Of a DNA stretch of 64,000 nucleotides, positions 26,530-39,000 are shown in pieces. Each line of letters begins with the position of its first letter. The stretch's first letter is position 1. The position numbers and the translations under genes were made by a program. The notes under the pieces are model-generated. The model saw nothing but the letters and a program-made list of their open reading frames with translations. It searched no databases and was not told the origin of the DNA. The stretch covers positions 26,970,001 through 27,034,000 of the forward strand of contig NC_043008.1 in assembly GCF_006345805.1 (NCBI RefSeq), given 5' to 3'. Source of the DNA: Octopus sinensis (Eukaryota).

Positions 26530-26902
26530 TATAATATAGGATGAAATTTTTCGAAAACAAATTCTATCAATGGCCAGCATATTAAAAAATACCTTTAAAG
26601 GTTAAATTTATAAATAACTTATAAAATAAGGGCAAAAAAAAAGAATTCTAATGCCAAATATGCTGAAAATAGACAAATTGTCAATAACCAATTATAATTT
26701 ATCACTATTAGCACGTGTCTCAAAACAAGCCGATAGAAATTTCTAAAAAATTCCGTTATTATCGTATTGGTCCCAATTTCAGAGTTAATTGATAAGAATT
26801 TTCTCCTGTTAATAGTGATGAATTATAATTGGTTATTGACAATTTGTCTATTTTCGGCATATATCGCATTAGAATTTTTTTCTTTTGCCCTTATTATATG
26901 AG

Positions 26903-26905
<3 letters not shown>
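26530..26905. mobile_element. Fold-back element with conserved tail (pLTR-like)
   Basis: About 90-bp inverted arms at 26620-26710 and 26808-26905; tail motif 'tatcaatggccagcat...aaaaaatacc'. Confidence 0.75.
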
Positions 26906-26975
<70 letters not shown>

Positions 26976-27023
26976 ATTATATATATATAATATATATATA
27001 TATATTATATATATATATATATA

Positions 27024-27058
<35 letters not shown>
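26905..27058. repeat. (TA)n microsatellite
   Basis: Direct reading of the sequence. Confidence 0.95.
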
Positions 27059-27059
<1 letters not shown>

Positions 27060-27062
<3 letters not shown>

Positions 27063-27400
27063 TTATAAATAAGGATAATATCGGTATTATCAAGTGGCCA
27101 GCATGGGAAAAAATACCATACAAAGGTTATAATTTTTTATAACTAAAGATAAGGGTGTCTGAGAGACACCACCATGCCGAAATAGCAGTCAAATCCCTGA
27201 CTCTAAACATATCGCACCATGAGATAAGACAGAGGGACAAAATAGACTAGCAAAAAGATATTACTGAATAATTCAAGATCCTGGATTTCTAGCTTTGCTT
27301 TAAATAAGCTTTGCCGTCATCAGTTTTAACGTGGTTTTTAGAGTCAGGGATTTGACTGCTATTTCGGCATGGTGGTGTCTCTCAGACACCCTTATTTTTA
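27060..27400. mobile_element. Fold-back element with near-perfect 60-bp arms and conserved tail
   Basis: 27143-27207 is the reverse complement of 27337-27400; tail 'tatcaagtggccagcat...aaaaaatacc' matches 26560-26600. Confidence 0.8.
27270..27330 (-). ncRNA. Hammerhead-like motif in the fold-back spacer (partly decayed)
   Basis: Minus strand reads CTGATGA (27323-17), stem II cggc/gcta, GAAA (27289-86), stem III tcc/gga, then TC. Stem I is weak. Confidence 0.5.
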
Positions 27401-27404
27401 GTGA

Positions 27405-27748
27405 TATATGTTACTCTTTACTTGTTTCAGTCATTTGACTGCGGCCATGCTGGAGCACCGCTTTAGTCGAGCCAATCGATCCCAGGACATATTCTTTGTA
27501 AGCCCAGTACTTATTCTATCGGTCTATTTTGCCGAACCGCTAGGTGACGGGGACGTAAACACACCAGCATCGGTTGTCAAGCAATGCTAGGGAGACAAAC
27601 ACAGGTTCCGTCTAGCAAATCCACTCACAAGGCTTTGGTTGGCCCGAGGCTATAGTAGAAGACACTTGCCCAAGATGCCACGAAGTGGGACTGAACCCGG
27701 AACCATGTGGCTGGTAAGCAAGCTACTTACCACACAGTCACTCCTGCG

Positions 27749-27750
<2 letters not shown>
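27405..27750 (-). mobile_element. tRNA-derived CORE-type SINE, near full length
   Basis: Minus strand head 'ggcgcaggagtgactgtgtggtaag...ggttccgggttcagtccc', core 'ttgggcaagtgtcttctactatagcctcggg', tail 'gactgaaacaagtaaaagag'. Confidence 0.8.
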
Positions 27751-27801
<51 letters not shown>

Positions 27802-28190
27802 ACATATATAGACATATACATGTCTATATATATAATCATTCTTGCACACACATATATACATACACATACTTATATATTAATATGCATACATATATATACA
27901 TAAAGCAACACACACATACATACACACACATACATAGATACATACACAAAGATATTTATACATACATATACATATACACACACACACAAATATAAATATA
28001 TAGAAATATACACACATGAGTGAATGTGTAAAGATCACATTTTGCAACCAGGCAGTTTCGTGTTACATCATCAGATCAAACAATGTCTTGTTACTGAAAC
28101 AAGTAAATGATAAAGGATAAAACGAATATGTATATATGTAAATACACACATATATACATATATATGTATGTATATATGTATGCATGCATA

Positions 28191-29107
28191 CAAGGCTGTA
28201 TCAAAAAGTTTCCGGATTAGTTAAAATATCTTATTTGTTTAAGTTTTACAAAAATTCCTTCGAAATTGTATCCTTGTGCAGCATCAATCGGGCTCCAGCG
28301 TTTCTGCTACTCCTGGAATCCAGCCTGGAAGTTGTTTTCTGTATGCGAGTCCAGGCTCTTCTGTGATTCACTCCTGATCTCGACAACAGTATTAAAACGG
28401 TGACCTTCGAGCTGCATCTTCCTCTGGAGGAAGAGATGGAAATCAGTAGGAGCTAAATCTGGCATATAGGGTGGGTGCGGAAGCGATACCGTGTTGTTTT
28501 TGGCGAGAATCTCACGAGTGAGGAGAGCTTGATGACTGCGTACATTCTTGTGAAGAATCCAATTCTTCGCGCTTCACATATCCGGTCGCTTTCACCGAAT
28601 GTCCTACATCAAACGCTTCAAATACGCTGCAGTAGAACTCTAGATTGACAGTCTGGCCCCGGATGATGAATTCTCAATGACAATACTATGGATGTAAAAA
28701 AAAAAAATAACGTGCTCTTGATTGAGCTGCAGTTCTGTCGTGTCTTCTTCGGTCATTGAGACGAAGGACTCTTCCATTGTAACGGCTGCTGCTTTGTCTA
28801 AGGGTCGCACCTGTAAATGAAGTCTCGTCACTGGTGACGTAAATTTTGCGTTAAACATCCTAAGTTTAACGCAAAATTTTACGTTGGTCTTTTCTTCCAA
28901 TTCCCTGTACATGAGAAAATCTCAGACTACAATATACATGTGATCACAATAACACAAATTTCCCAACTTGTGAAGTAAACATAGCGATGTCATTCGGCAC
29001 ATTGCCTCATGACAAACGCCGGTGGGTTTCATTGAACACACAACTGTATTCTGTCATCCATTGGAGAGCTACAGAACTAGTCCAAGAATACTTTGATACC
29101 AACCTCG
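28191..29107 (-). mobile_element. mariner (DD34D) element, internally deleted and decayed
   Basis: TA-flanked imperfect TIRs 'caaggctgtatcaaaaagtttccggattag' / 'ctagtccaagaatactttgataccaacctcg'. Minus strand 28250-28560 translates to 'LPHPPYMPDLAPTDFHLF...RW...AQGYNFEG'. Confidence 0.85.
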
Positions 29108-29718
29108 TACTTATAAGTGTGGGATTGTCTGTTTCTGAAGCGAAGTGATATATTTTTGATTAAAAGACGCATATTTAACAGTAGGCATATAGTATAACAT
29201 TCTTATCAATATTTAAATTTTACGTTTCCATATTGCCTTAGGTCAAAGAAAATTGATTGAAGAAGAGTTTCTACAGCTGAATGGCCTTTCTTTCACCAAC
29301 TCTGACTTGCACCCAAGTCGTGCAATAGATCTTGTGTCTCGGACACTGAAATCCCAATAGCCGGGCATGGTTTAATGAAAGATTGGAGACATATGGCATT
29401 ACTTGTGGTCAGGTTTGTTTTAGGCTTGCTTGGGATGTCTAAAAGAGCAAACGGATATATATACAACAGCATGCAACAGCTTACATTCATACATACAGTC
29501 CCACTCCCAAAACTTTGGTAGGTACAGGGCTAATGTGGAAATGCTTAGCGAAGGTACTACGTAATAGGACTGGACTACGCCATTGTGAAAAGACTTCTAT
29601 TATAGCACTAGGAGAACAATATAGATATACACACATTCTCATATATGTGTGTGTACATGTGCGCATGTATCTGGGCGTGTTTATATATATATATATATAC
29701 ATATTTGTATGTATACAC

Positions 29719-29760
<42 letters not shown>

Positions 29761-29843
29761 GTATACAAATGTATATGGATATATATGTATATATAGATAT
29801 ATACGTATGTATATATATATATATATGTATATATATATACATA

Positions 29844-30240
29844 TACTAGCAGTATCGTCCGGCGTTGCTCGGGTTTGTAAGGGAAATAACTATATAAGCA
29901 TTTTTAGAGAGTTATAGCCAAAAAATAGCAAAAAAATGCATTAAAAATTGAAAAAAAATTAAGGTAAATTTTTTTTCAATCGTTGACACATCGTAGATAT
30001 TTTTAGAGAGTTACTTCCCTTATATAATAGCGAAAAAATGCATTAAAATGGAAAAATATGATGGTAAATTTTTTAAATCGTAGACTCATCGTAGACGCGC
30101 GCTAATACCCAGAAGGGCTCGATATGAATCACGACTATAAGATACCCGCTTTTGGTTAAACTGCACCGCAAAATGTGGGAGTAGTTACGAATCCAAATCG
30201 TAGGAGACAGACACACAACTTCACTCTTATATATAAAGAT
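29844..30240 (+). mobile_element. HINE/DINE-1-like element
   Basis: Start 'actagcagtatcgtccggcgttgctcggg' (subterminal inverted repeat) and end 'gacagacacacaacttcactcttatatataaagat'. Confidence 0.75.
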
Positions 30241-30347
30241 ATAAGCCACGTAGTTATATACACATACTTTGTTATATACACATTCTTAAAAGAAAATGTT
30301 ATTTTGAACACAACATTTATAAAGAATAAAATATTTTTTGGTTTTTC

Positions 30348-31150
30348 TTAACCCTTTCGTTACTATATTTCTGACCAAAATACACCCCTTATGTGTTTCA
30401 ATTAATTTCTAACGTAATCATAAATTTAGTCTGGTTTCATTAAACAACTATAACTTTTTTATTTATCAATATATTAACATGAATTTTGGAAGATAATTAA
30501 TGAAATGTTCTCAACCAATTCTATACTATAATTTTTGTCACAAAGTGACTCTAATTGCAGGTAGATACAGGTAAATTCAACAATATATAAAATTATTAAA
30601 ATTTTGTTCAAACATCGCTATAGAAAATGGGTTATTAGCTAATATTCAATTGGGTATACAACAAAATTTTACGATAGAATTTGTTATTTTGGGTAACTTT
30701 CTGATACCCATAATAATATTTATGGCAAAATAGGCCTTAATTTCATTTAAGGTTGTGGGAAATAACAAACTATCCTTTCTTTCGCTTTGTTTACGTTTAG
30801 CGTAACAGTTCGTTTCCGCCGTAATGATTTCAAATGGGCTCATTCGAAAAAGTAAAAAGAAATAGTCTAAGGCTTTACTCTTCTGGGAAAGTCTGTGGCT
30901 TGGTCCAGTTTCTTCAGAAAAATCACCGAAAGAAACAGTTTTTAAATTTTCACTCCATTCAGGTGCCAATTCATTTTCTTTATCGCTGTCGGAGCTCTCG
31001 GATTCACTGTTTTCACTTTCGGAAAATGAAACATCAGATTCATTATCAAATACCACATGCTTTTTTTTCAGTCATAGAGTTAGATTTATGAAGGTCTTCA
31101 GTAGAAAATCCTTCGAATTCTGACTCGCTGCTTGATATAATGAAATTATA
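30348..31150 (-). mobile_element. piggyBac-like deletion derivative retaining the transposase N-terminus and one TTAA-CCCT end
   Basis: TTAA|CCCT at 30348. ORF 30646-31056 has an acidic N-terminus plus 'DYFFLLF...TAETNCYA...TTLNEIKAYFAINIIMGIRKLP', typical of piggyBac/PGBD transposases. The second end was not found. Confidence 0.75.
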
Positions 31151-31309
31151 GTAGTGGTTTTTTTAGTAGTGGTTTCACTTTAATCGTTGCAAACTTGCAA
31201 AGAGAAAGTCATAAAAAATTAGAGTGATAGCGTGAGTGAATCAGATCGCTCCCTTTTTGTGTGTGTGTGTGTGTGCGTGTGCTATAGCCCACACTAAGAA
31301 AAGCACTTG

Positions 31310-31500
31310 ACTCACACACCACAATGTGAGTTTTCTCTAAATTTTGCTTAATTGGGGTTGAAATTTTAAAAACTGGACCTGGCACGACCCGATGCATTCT
31401 ACTCTAAAAAATGCTAGGTAAATTGTAATAGAAGAAATCCTATATTGTAGATTTCTATAAGAGACAAAGGGAGGCAGATAAAATCTGCCTTTTATAATAA
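31310..31500 (+). mobile_element. Helitron/HINE-like 3' end
   Basis: Terminal hairpin 'ggcagataaaatctgcc' followed by 'ttttataataaga'. Confidence 0.5.
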
Positions 31501-31945
31501 GACATATAGACATATATGTGTGTGTATATATGTATATGTATGTGCATATATGTATATACACACACGCACACATATATTTATCCATTCATCCATTTATCCA
31601 GCCATCAATACATAGATACACATACATTATTCTTTAATACATTTCATTTCTTATCTTTCAAGCGATCCAGGAAATGAAAACGTTACGAAGTTTTATCATA
31701 ATACTAACCATAAAAATTATACACGGAACTAAGTGTACGTATGTATGTGTGTGTGTACTATCCGTCCCTCTACCTACATGTGCGTGTGAGTGCGTGTGTG
31801 TGCGTGGTAATTGTACTATTATTAGAGATCGAGTGATTTATGTATTTACACTCTGGTGTGTTAAGTTTATTTGCATATAGATTACAATATACAAACAGTC
31901 ATACATGCACGCACTCACACAAACACACACACACACTCACACACA

Positions 31946-32015
<70 letters not shown>

Positions 32016-32337
32016 CTCATGCCAGCACATTGATTAACTCTAAATTAGTATGAATGGAAAATGTAATTGAATGAAAATTGGAAGTAATAAAACAAGATTT
32101 TACGGAAAATTTATTGTTAATAAAACCATTATATAATAAGAAACAAATATTAATTAAATTTCATTGATGAATGTCGAGTGAAATGTGAAATTTAAGTTCG
32201 ATGCCAAGGAAAATGTTGACATTCAAATGAAAACGAGTTTCTAGTGAGTGCTAGGAATGAAAATGTGATAGATGTCAAATAAAGACATTAAGTTTTATGT
32301 ATAAAAGATTAGCAATTAATAATTATCCTTTGTACAA

Positions 32338-33400
32338 TTGGCACAGGGCCTGAAATTATGGGGGAAAGGTCTAGCCAATAAAACCAACACGGTACTCAAC
32401 TAGTACTTATTTTTATTGACCCTGAAATGATGAAAGACAAAGACTACCTCGGGGGTACTTTGCACTCAGAACGTAAACACGGATGAAATGCTAACGATTC
32501 TGCCGGCTTACCGTTTTAAATAATAACAATAATAGCGATTTCAAATTTTGGCACAAGACCAGCAATATTGGGTAAGTGGGTAAGTCAGTTATATCGGCCC
32601 CAGTGATCAATTGTTACTTAATAATTTATCGAAACCCGAGAAGATGAAATGTAAAGTCAACCTCGGCGAAATTTGAACTGAAAATATAAAGACGCAGGAA
32701 ATTCCACATAGCATTTTGTTCGGCATGCTAAGATTTCTACCAGCTTTCACTTTAATTATAATACTATTCCTTTCTGTTATAGGCACAAGGCCTGGAAATA
32801 TTGGGGGATAGGAACAGTCGATTAAATCGACCCCAGTAAACAACTGGTACTTATTCTATTGATCCTGAAAGAATGAAAAACAATGTCAACCTCGGTGGAA
32901 TTTGTACTAGATGGTAAGTACGGACGAAATGCTGCTAAACATTTTTGTTGTCGTGCTGACGATTCTACCAGTTCACCGCTTTAACGTATTGATTGAAAAC
33001 TTTGGCACATTCCATGAATTTTCGGGAGGGGTTAAGTCGAATACACCAACACAATTGGTCAACTGGTACTTATTTTATTAACTCCGAAATGATGGAAAAC
33101 GAACTTGACCTCGGCGGAATTTGAACTTAGAAGGTGGAAACAGTCGAAATGCTGCTTAGCATTTTGCCCGTCGTGCTAACGATTCTGTCAGCTCACCACC
33201 TTAAATCATAATAATATTGGTTACAAATTCTGACACATGTCCAGCGATTTTGGGATATGGGTTAAATCCAGTACATTAATCCCAGTGCCTAACTGGTACT
33301 TATTTTATCGGTCCCTCAAAGAAGAAAAACGTTCTCAGTCACGGCGGAATTTCAATTTGGAACGAAAAAACAGACGAAAGGTCGAGTTCAAATGCTACAC
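32338..33400 (-). repeat. Head-to-tail array of five tRNA-like SINE copies (period about 215 bp)
   Basis: Copies at about 32338-32515, 32540-32755, 32772-32985, 32995-33205 and 33215-33400. Each has the 'ggcaca.g...aactggtacttat...cctcggcggaatttgaact...gctaacgattctgccagct' layout. Confidence 0.85.
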
Positions 33401-35869
33401 GGAAGTAAATAAAAACTAAAGTATGACAAAATGCACAACAGTTAAGACAAGAAATGAAACATCTCTGGGGTTAATGAGAATCCCTCGACATTCCTGGTTT
33501 AGCCCCCAATTTATTGTCCTTCTTCCTTATTCATAGCTGTCGATTCCAAAGTCTTTCAGCCTGAGCTCTCAAGTAAGGAGTTATGTTTTCTGTATCTTTG
33601 GAAATTAATATTCTGCTTGAAATTTCAATTATCATCCTATTCTTTTTATGTGGTTTAAATTTTCCTACATTCCGCAGTTTGTTTCTATACACTTTATGCA
33701 TCTTATGTAACTCTTTTTAGAGTTTTATTTTTATCTTGCGAAAGACTGAATTTCATTTCGCTTAGATTAGTGTTGGCTCAACTATGCCATTTTTCTCTTC
33801 ATAAAATTTAAATTCTTCTCTAGAAAAAGTATTTTTCTGTTTAACATGCAGAGCAAGTTTAATTTATTTTGGAGCGGTAGGAGAGGAATAATCTTACCTC
33901 AGTTGTCCTTCGTCTGGTCCTAATCCTCATGTGAAAGTGGGTTATGTAGCTGTTATTGTTTCCATGGGTAAATCGCCTTGTCTTTGCCGGTTCTAACTGA
34001 AATAGGAAGCATCTGTGTCTCATGATTCACTTCAGGTTAAGAGAACGAGGCAAATTTTATTTACCGCTTTTGGGATGAGTCTGGTGTTGTTCTGAGATAT
34101 CCGAACCCTATGCTTTGTTCTTTTGCTCGTTTTGACACATATAGTATGTGTAATCATTTCCGATAGTTTGCATGTATAAAAAGAAATAAGTGTTGATCAG
34201 ACACCGAAGTTAAAATATTTTAATAAACTTATTAAATTGTATGCATATATTTGATGGGAAATAAGTGAAAATATGTATGCTGTTTGATCGAGAAACAATG
34301 ATAAACTTAGCTAATAGCTTCTAGCAAAATCAAGAGTTAGTAAGTAATCACGAAAGTTAAGAAACAACAATAGTTTCTAATGTCATTATCAGACATTGTG
34401 TAGAAAAGGAAAATATAGCATCGTGTATGTGGAAGGAAGAAGGAAATCATTTTACAGTAGAAAAGACATCAATTTTACAGGAATTGAGAACATACTAACT
34501 TTGAAGAGAAGTTTATGGATTGGTTGTGATATAAAGGAGCAGTGACAGTACACGCGGGGACACTGAAGGTTGATATCGAATAAATGTGACGCTGCTGTAT
34601 CGTAACAACAGGGTCACCATATCTATGTTGAGTGAAGGTTTCTTTCAAATAACCCTGGTCGTAAATGTAGTACTAACTTCCATGGTGGTGGATGCAAAAC
34701 AGCTTCATGTGACACGGAGCTTAAAGTGAAACTTCTAAGAATTATGCCAAGTAAGACGACTAAATTTCACCCAAGGAAATTCATATTTGTTCTGATTTGA
34801 ACACAGGAAGAAAGGCTTTCATGATATAACAAAAATTGATTCTGAAATTTCAAAGATATCTCAGTCTTTAAATAGGCTAGAGTGTTTAACCAAAGTAGAA
34901 AATCAGACGATAGCTAAAAAAAAAAGTGTGTCAGATGGCTGTTTCAGATTAAGCGCCAATAATGGCAGTAAGCTGTCAATATGTGTGGACGGTACAATAG
35001 CTGAGACTCATAAAAACACACATGCATAAATAAATACGAATATTTACACATGCTTAAATATATACACACAGATAAACAATATCTGAACATAATGACGTAT
35101 ATATTGTTTAAATTATATTGAAAAAAAAACATTGTTTCTAATGTAGAGACACACTCACTTTCATTATTTGGTGAAACATGCGAAAAACAAAACCAGTATA
35201 TATTCATAAATATATTTGACTGAACTCACATGGTGAAAAATCTCGTAAATATCATCGAATGCATCCAACTTAGTAGACGCTGTTATCCCTCTTCGATTTT
35301 AAATTTAATCTATTATTAATGAAAACCTGCAGTTCATTTTCAGCTTGAAAAAAAAGCCACTCTTTAATTTAAATAAATATAAGTATCCACCAGCTCCAAT
35401 GATGTGATATAAAGATATTAAATCGTTTACCTACAGATGAAGGAAATAAAAGACATAGCCTTATAAAATAAACTTTAAATAAAAAGGGGGAAGAAATGGA
35501 AATTATTTTTATAAAAACAATGTACAGTGCAAAATATGGAGAGTATTTGAAATACTAGCCTGTGCTTCACAAAAAATATATTCAACTAAAAATTGGAAAA
35601 TTGAGATTTTCGATTTGATGGATGATAGTAAAAAAATGAATAATTTCTTAAAAGTAACTGATATATAAATATTTCATTTATGATAAGAACACTGCAGTAT
35701 ATACGGTGAATCAAAATAAAAATACAGACAATTAGCACTAGTTCTGACTAAAAGCAGCCATAAACTTTTGGTGAGAAATAGTGGCTCGTTATGTAATAAA
35801 ATAATGCTACAGATGTTGGTTTATTCACGCTAAGTAATACCTTCACATTCTGGAGTGAATTTATAGGTG

Positions 35870-35874
<5 letters not shown>

Positions 35875-35956
<82 letters not shown>

Positions 35957-35965
35957 TATATATAT
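35875..35965. repeat. (TA)n microsatellite
   Basis: Direct reading of the sequence. Confidence 0.95.
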
Positions 35966-36036
35966 TATATTTATATATGTATGTATGTGTGTGTGTATTT
36001 GTGTGTGTGTGAAAATAAAAAAAATGCCCTTTTATA

Positions 36037-36950
36037 CGAGTGGATGAAAATTCCACACAATTTTCTCCCATCGGTGTTGAAGTGCTTAGTTCCCAGCCAA
36101 GTGTTTGTTACGTGTTGAGGAACAGATGATAGTCAGATGGGACCAAATCAGAAGAAAAGAGTAGTGGGTGATCAACAAGTTCAAAGTCACATTTACGCGT
36201 AGCAGCCAATGACACCAAGGACGTGTGTGCTGGAGCGCTGACTTGATGAAACAAGACGCCTTACGCCAGTTTTCCTGGGTGTTTCGTCTTGATAGCCTTT
36301 CTTAACTGCTTCAGCATGTTGGCATAGTACTCTCTATTGATGGAGTGACCCATTTGAAGATAGCCAATAAACACAATGCTTTTGCATTCCCAAGTAACTG
36401 AGGCCATCACCTTCCCTGTAGGTGCAATGACCTTGGCTTTCTTTGTAGCAGGTGAGGAAGATGTTTTCACTACATGAATTGTCTCTTTGTTTCTGACTCA
36501 AATGATACGACAATACCCATGGCTTAGAAAGCAGGTGTATTTGCCTCAAACAATGTAAGATTTTCTTGTGATATGATAAGCCTGGTGCGCATTTGATCGG
36601 GTGTCAGAAGACGTAGCACTCACTGACTAAGAAGAAACCTTCATCTCTAAAATATTCCCAACTCTCTCATGAGATATGCTAATAACATTGGCTACTTGAT
36701 TTATAGTCAATCGCCTGTCATCAATGATTCCCTTGGGGGTAGCAGCTGATGGATGTCAATAACTTGGTCATCTTCAAGATCCCCTGCCTTTCTAAATTCT
36801 AATTCGGCTGTCCACGTTTATACTGTTGATAAAGATGGAGCGTTATCTCCTAAAGTAGCAACCATGTCAGTTTGCATGTCCCTGGGGGCTAAACACATTT
36901 CCTGCAGGTATTTCATAGTACCGCGGGGTACTTTTCAAGAAAAGTCGGTA
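36037..36950 (-). mobile_element. mariner transposase remnant
   Basis: 'KKAKVIAPTGKVMASVTWECKSIVFIGYLQMGHSINREYYANMLKQLRKAIK' (36261-36470); N-terminal 'MKYLQ...DMVATLGDNAPSLSTV' near 36800-36915; TA|CGAG at 36035. Confidence 0.8.
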
Positions 36951-37039
36951 TTAGTTAGTTTTGAAGTCTTTATGAACAGTCAGACATCAGTTTACCTAGA
37001 AAGAAACAATGTAGTTATTAATAAGATATGTTGAAATTA

Positions 37040-38090
37040 ATGCATGCAAGATTTCTCAGCTCTCACATCACTCGTTCATAGTCAGCCTACCGTGGTATTT
37101 AAAGGAATTAAGAGTAGGGTATTTTATTACAGAGAAATAGTTTCAAAACGTAAGAATATGCTTGAAACGACGTTATCTAAGTCATATGCCTATTTGGTCT
37201 ATATAATTCTTATCATACCTACAGTATGTTGTAATATAAAAGAAAGTTTTGAAGCGGAATTCTGAGCTTTCGAATACAATTTCCACAATATGATCTTCCG
37301 CATTCTTAACAATCGGGTTATGTGTAATATTGGTAGGTAGCCAGGCAGGTGTGAAGACTTTCAATGAATGTGACTGGCTTTTGTTTTCTATAATTCTTCT
37401 CATTCTAGGATTATATTTTAGCAGGGGTAAATGTTGCTTAATTACATTAAAGACCTCAGCTTTCATAATATTTTGGATTGAGATGTACGGTAAAACACTT
37501 GTTTCTATTTTAGTTTTCACAGTACTCAAATCACTGACATCAAATGTCTCTGCTCTTTTGGTTGTGCTATCAACCAAAAGAGCAGAGTAATGCTCTTTCA
37601 GTATACTGGTAATGTCTACTAATCGAAATATCGTTTACTTCAGTTAGTCTTTTATTTTGGGTATTCAGATTTGGTACAATGGTGCATATTACTTTTACTA
37701 GGTTACACAGGTTGTGCTACTTTGCGTGGCATGAAGGAAATACAAATATTGTTTCGAGTCTATTGGTTTATAGTATACATCTAGATTCTATTCTGTTTTC
37801 TGAAACTGATATATTTAAAAAGGATAATTCATCCCTGTGATATTTCCCTGTAAACTGGATGTTCTCGATGATACTGTTTTTTAGAGCCTTGATTTCTACA
37901 AGTCTGATCGAACCTTTTCCCCCACAACATAAAACAAGCATCTAAATATCTCATCCAAATTCCTTTTAGGTAATCATGAAAACTATTTCCATATCTTAAG
38001 AAGGATTTTTCATGTATTTTAAGTTAACGGTATCTAGCCAAGTTTGTATACGTTACCATGGTGCTACCATGGTTTCCGTCGTCGACCAGA
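37040..38090 (-). mobile_element. Penelope-like element fragment (3' RT, linker, GIY-YIG remnant)
   Basis: 'YLKGIWMRYLDACFMLW' near 37940-37990; 'VLPYISIQN..AEVFNVIKQHLPLL' in ORF 37182-37577. Confidence 0.75.
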
Positions 38091-38379
38091 ATTTTTGTTT
38101 ACATGTTAATTGTTAGAAATTAAAAAAAACTTATTTTGTAAAATAAATTGAAGATATTAAAAAAGAAATTCTCTTTTTATGTGATCAGGTAACCAATATT
38201 TATTGAAACAAAAATACATTGCTTCTATTCCATATTCATCGTGATTATTTTAAATACAGCTTAACCACATCAAAAGAATATATTGATGTTTCATCATTTG
38301 TTGCTCAGAATATGTGATCTAACATATCCAAGTTCCTCTCTTATGGAGCTGTCTATATGTTTCAAATATATTTTTATTA

Positions 38380-39000
38380 ATATATAACTTTAAACCGTTT
38401 GAGCAAAAAACATTTAAGAACTGTGAAAAGCAAAGCAGAAACAAATATTTTACCGTGAAACCAAGACAGAACACCAAGGCCCTTAATGTAATTAAGCAAA
38501 ATTTACCCCTGTCGAAATGTGTCCCTAGATTGAGGAAAATCATAGATAAACAAAAAAATAACCAAACACAAAAAGTCAAATTCTCTGGAGAAACTTTTAA
38601 CCAGTGCCCAACTATCTACCAACATACACATAACCCGACTATTAAAAATGGGCAACATCCAATTGTGCAATTTGTATCAATATATCTTAAAGCTAAGAGC
38701 TCTACTTTTAAAAAATGGGCAAATTTTAAAAATAGAAAACAACATTTCACGTCTTTCGGAGAATTTAATTTATGTCATAACATGCAGTGGGTGTGGCGAG
38801 AATTATATTAACTAAACTGGTATATCACAGAAAAAGCATTTGACAGTTCATCAACAGAAAATGCGTGACCCCAAACTAGAAAGCTTTACCCAGTGAACAT
38901 TTAGAACAATGTGCAGAAAATATGATAAAAGAGCAAAGAATTAAGAAGAGAAGCTTTTCCTAGCAAAATATTAATCAATTTAGAATTCTTAATGACCTAC
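38380..39000 (+). mobile_element. Penelope-like element 3' fragment, inverted relative to 37040-38090
   Basis: 'ALNVIKQNLPL', then 'ENLIYVITCSGCGENYI' (GIY-YIG). Clear DNA homology to the reverse complement of 37250-37520. Confidence 0.75.

Noticed and set aside
29424-29517. Candidate 94-nt plus-strand exon (AG...GTAGGT, open frame LLGMSKRANGYIYNSM...)
   Set aside because: It is isolated, has no recognisable homology and has no partner exons.
32338-33400. CRISPR array interpretation of the periodic repeat
   Set aside because: The repeat units are about 200-bp SINEs with short spacers, there are no cas genes, and the context is eukaryotic.
33470-34800. Locally GC-richer, coding-like stretches
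   Set aside because: No frame gave a recognisable motif; probably very old transposon debris.
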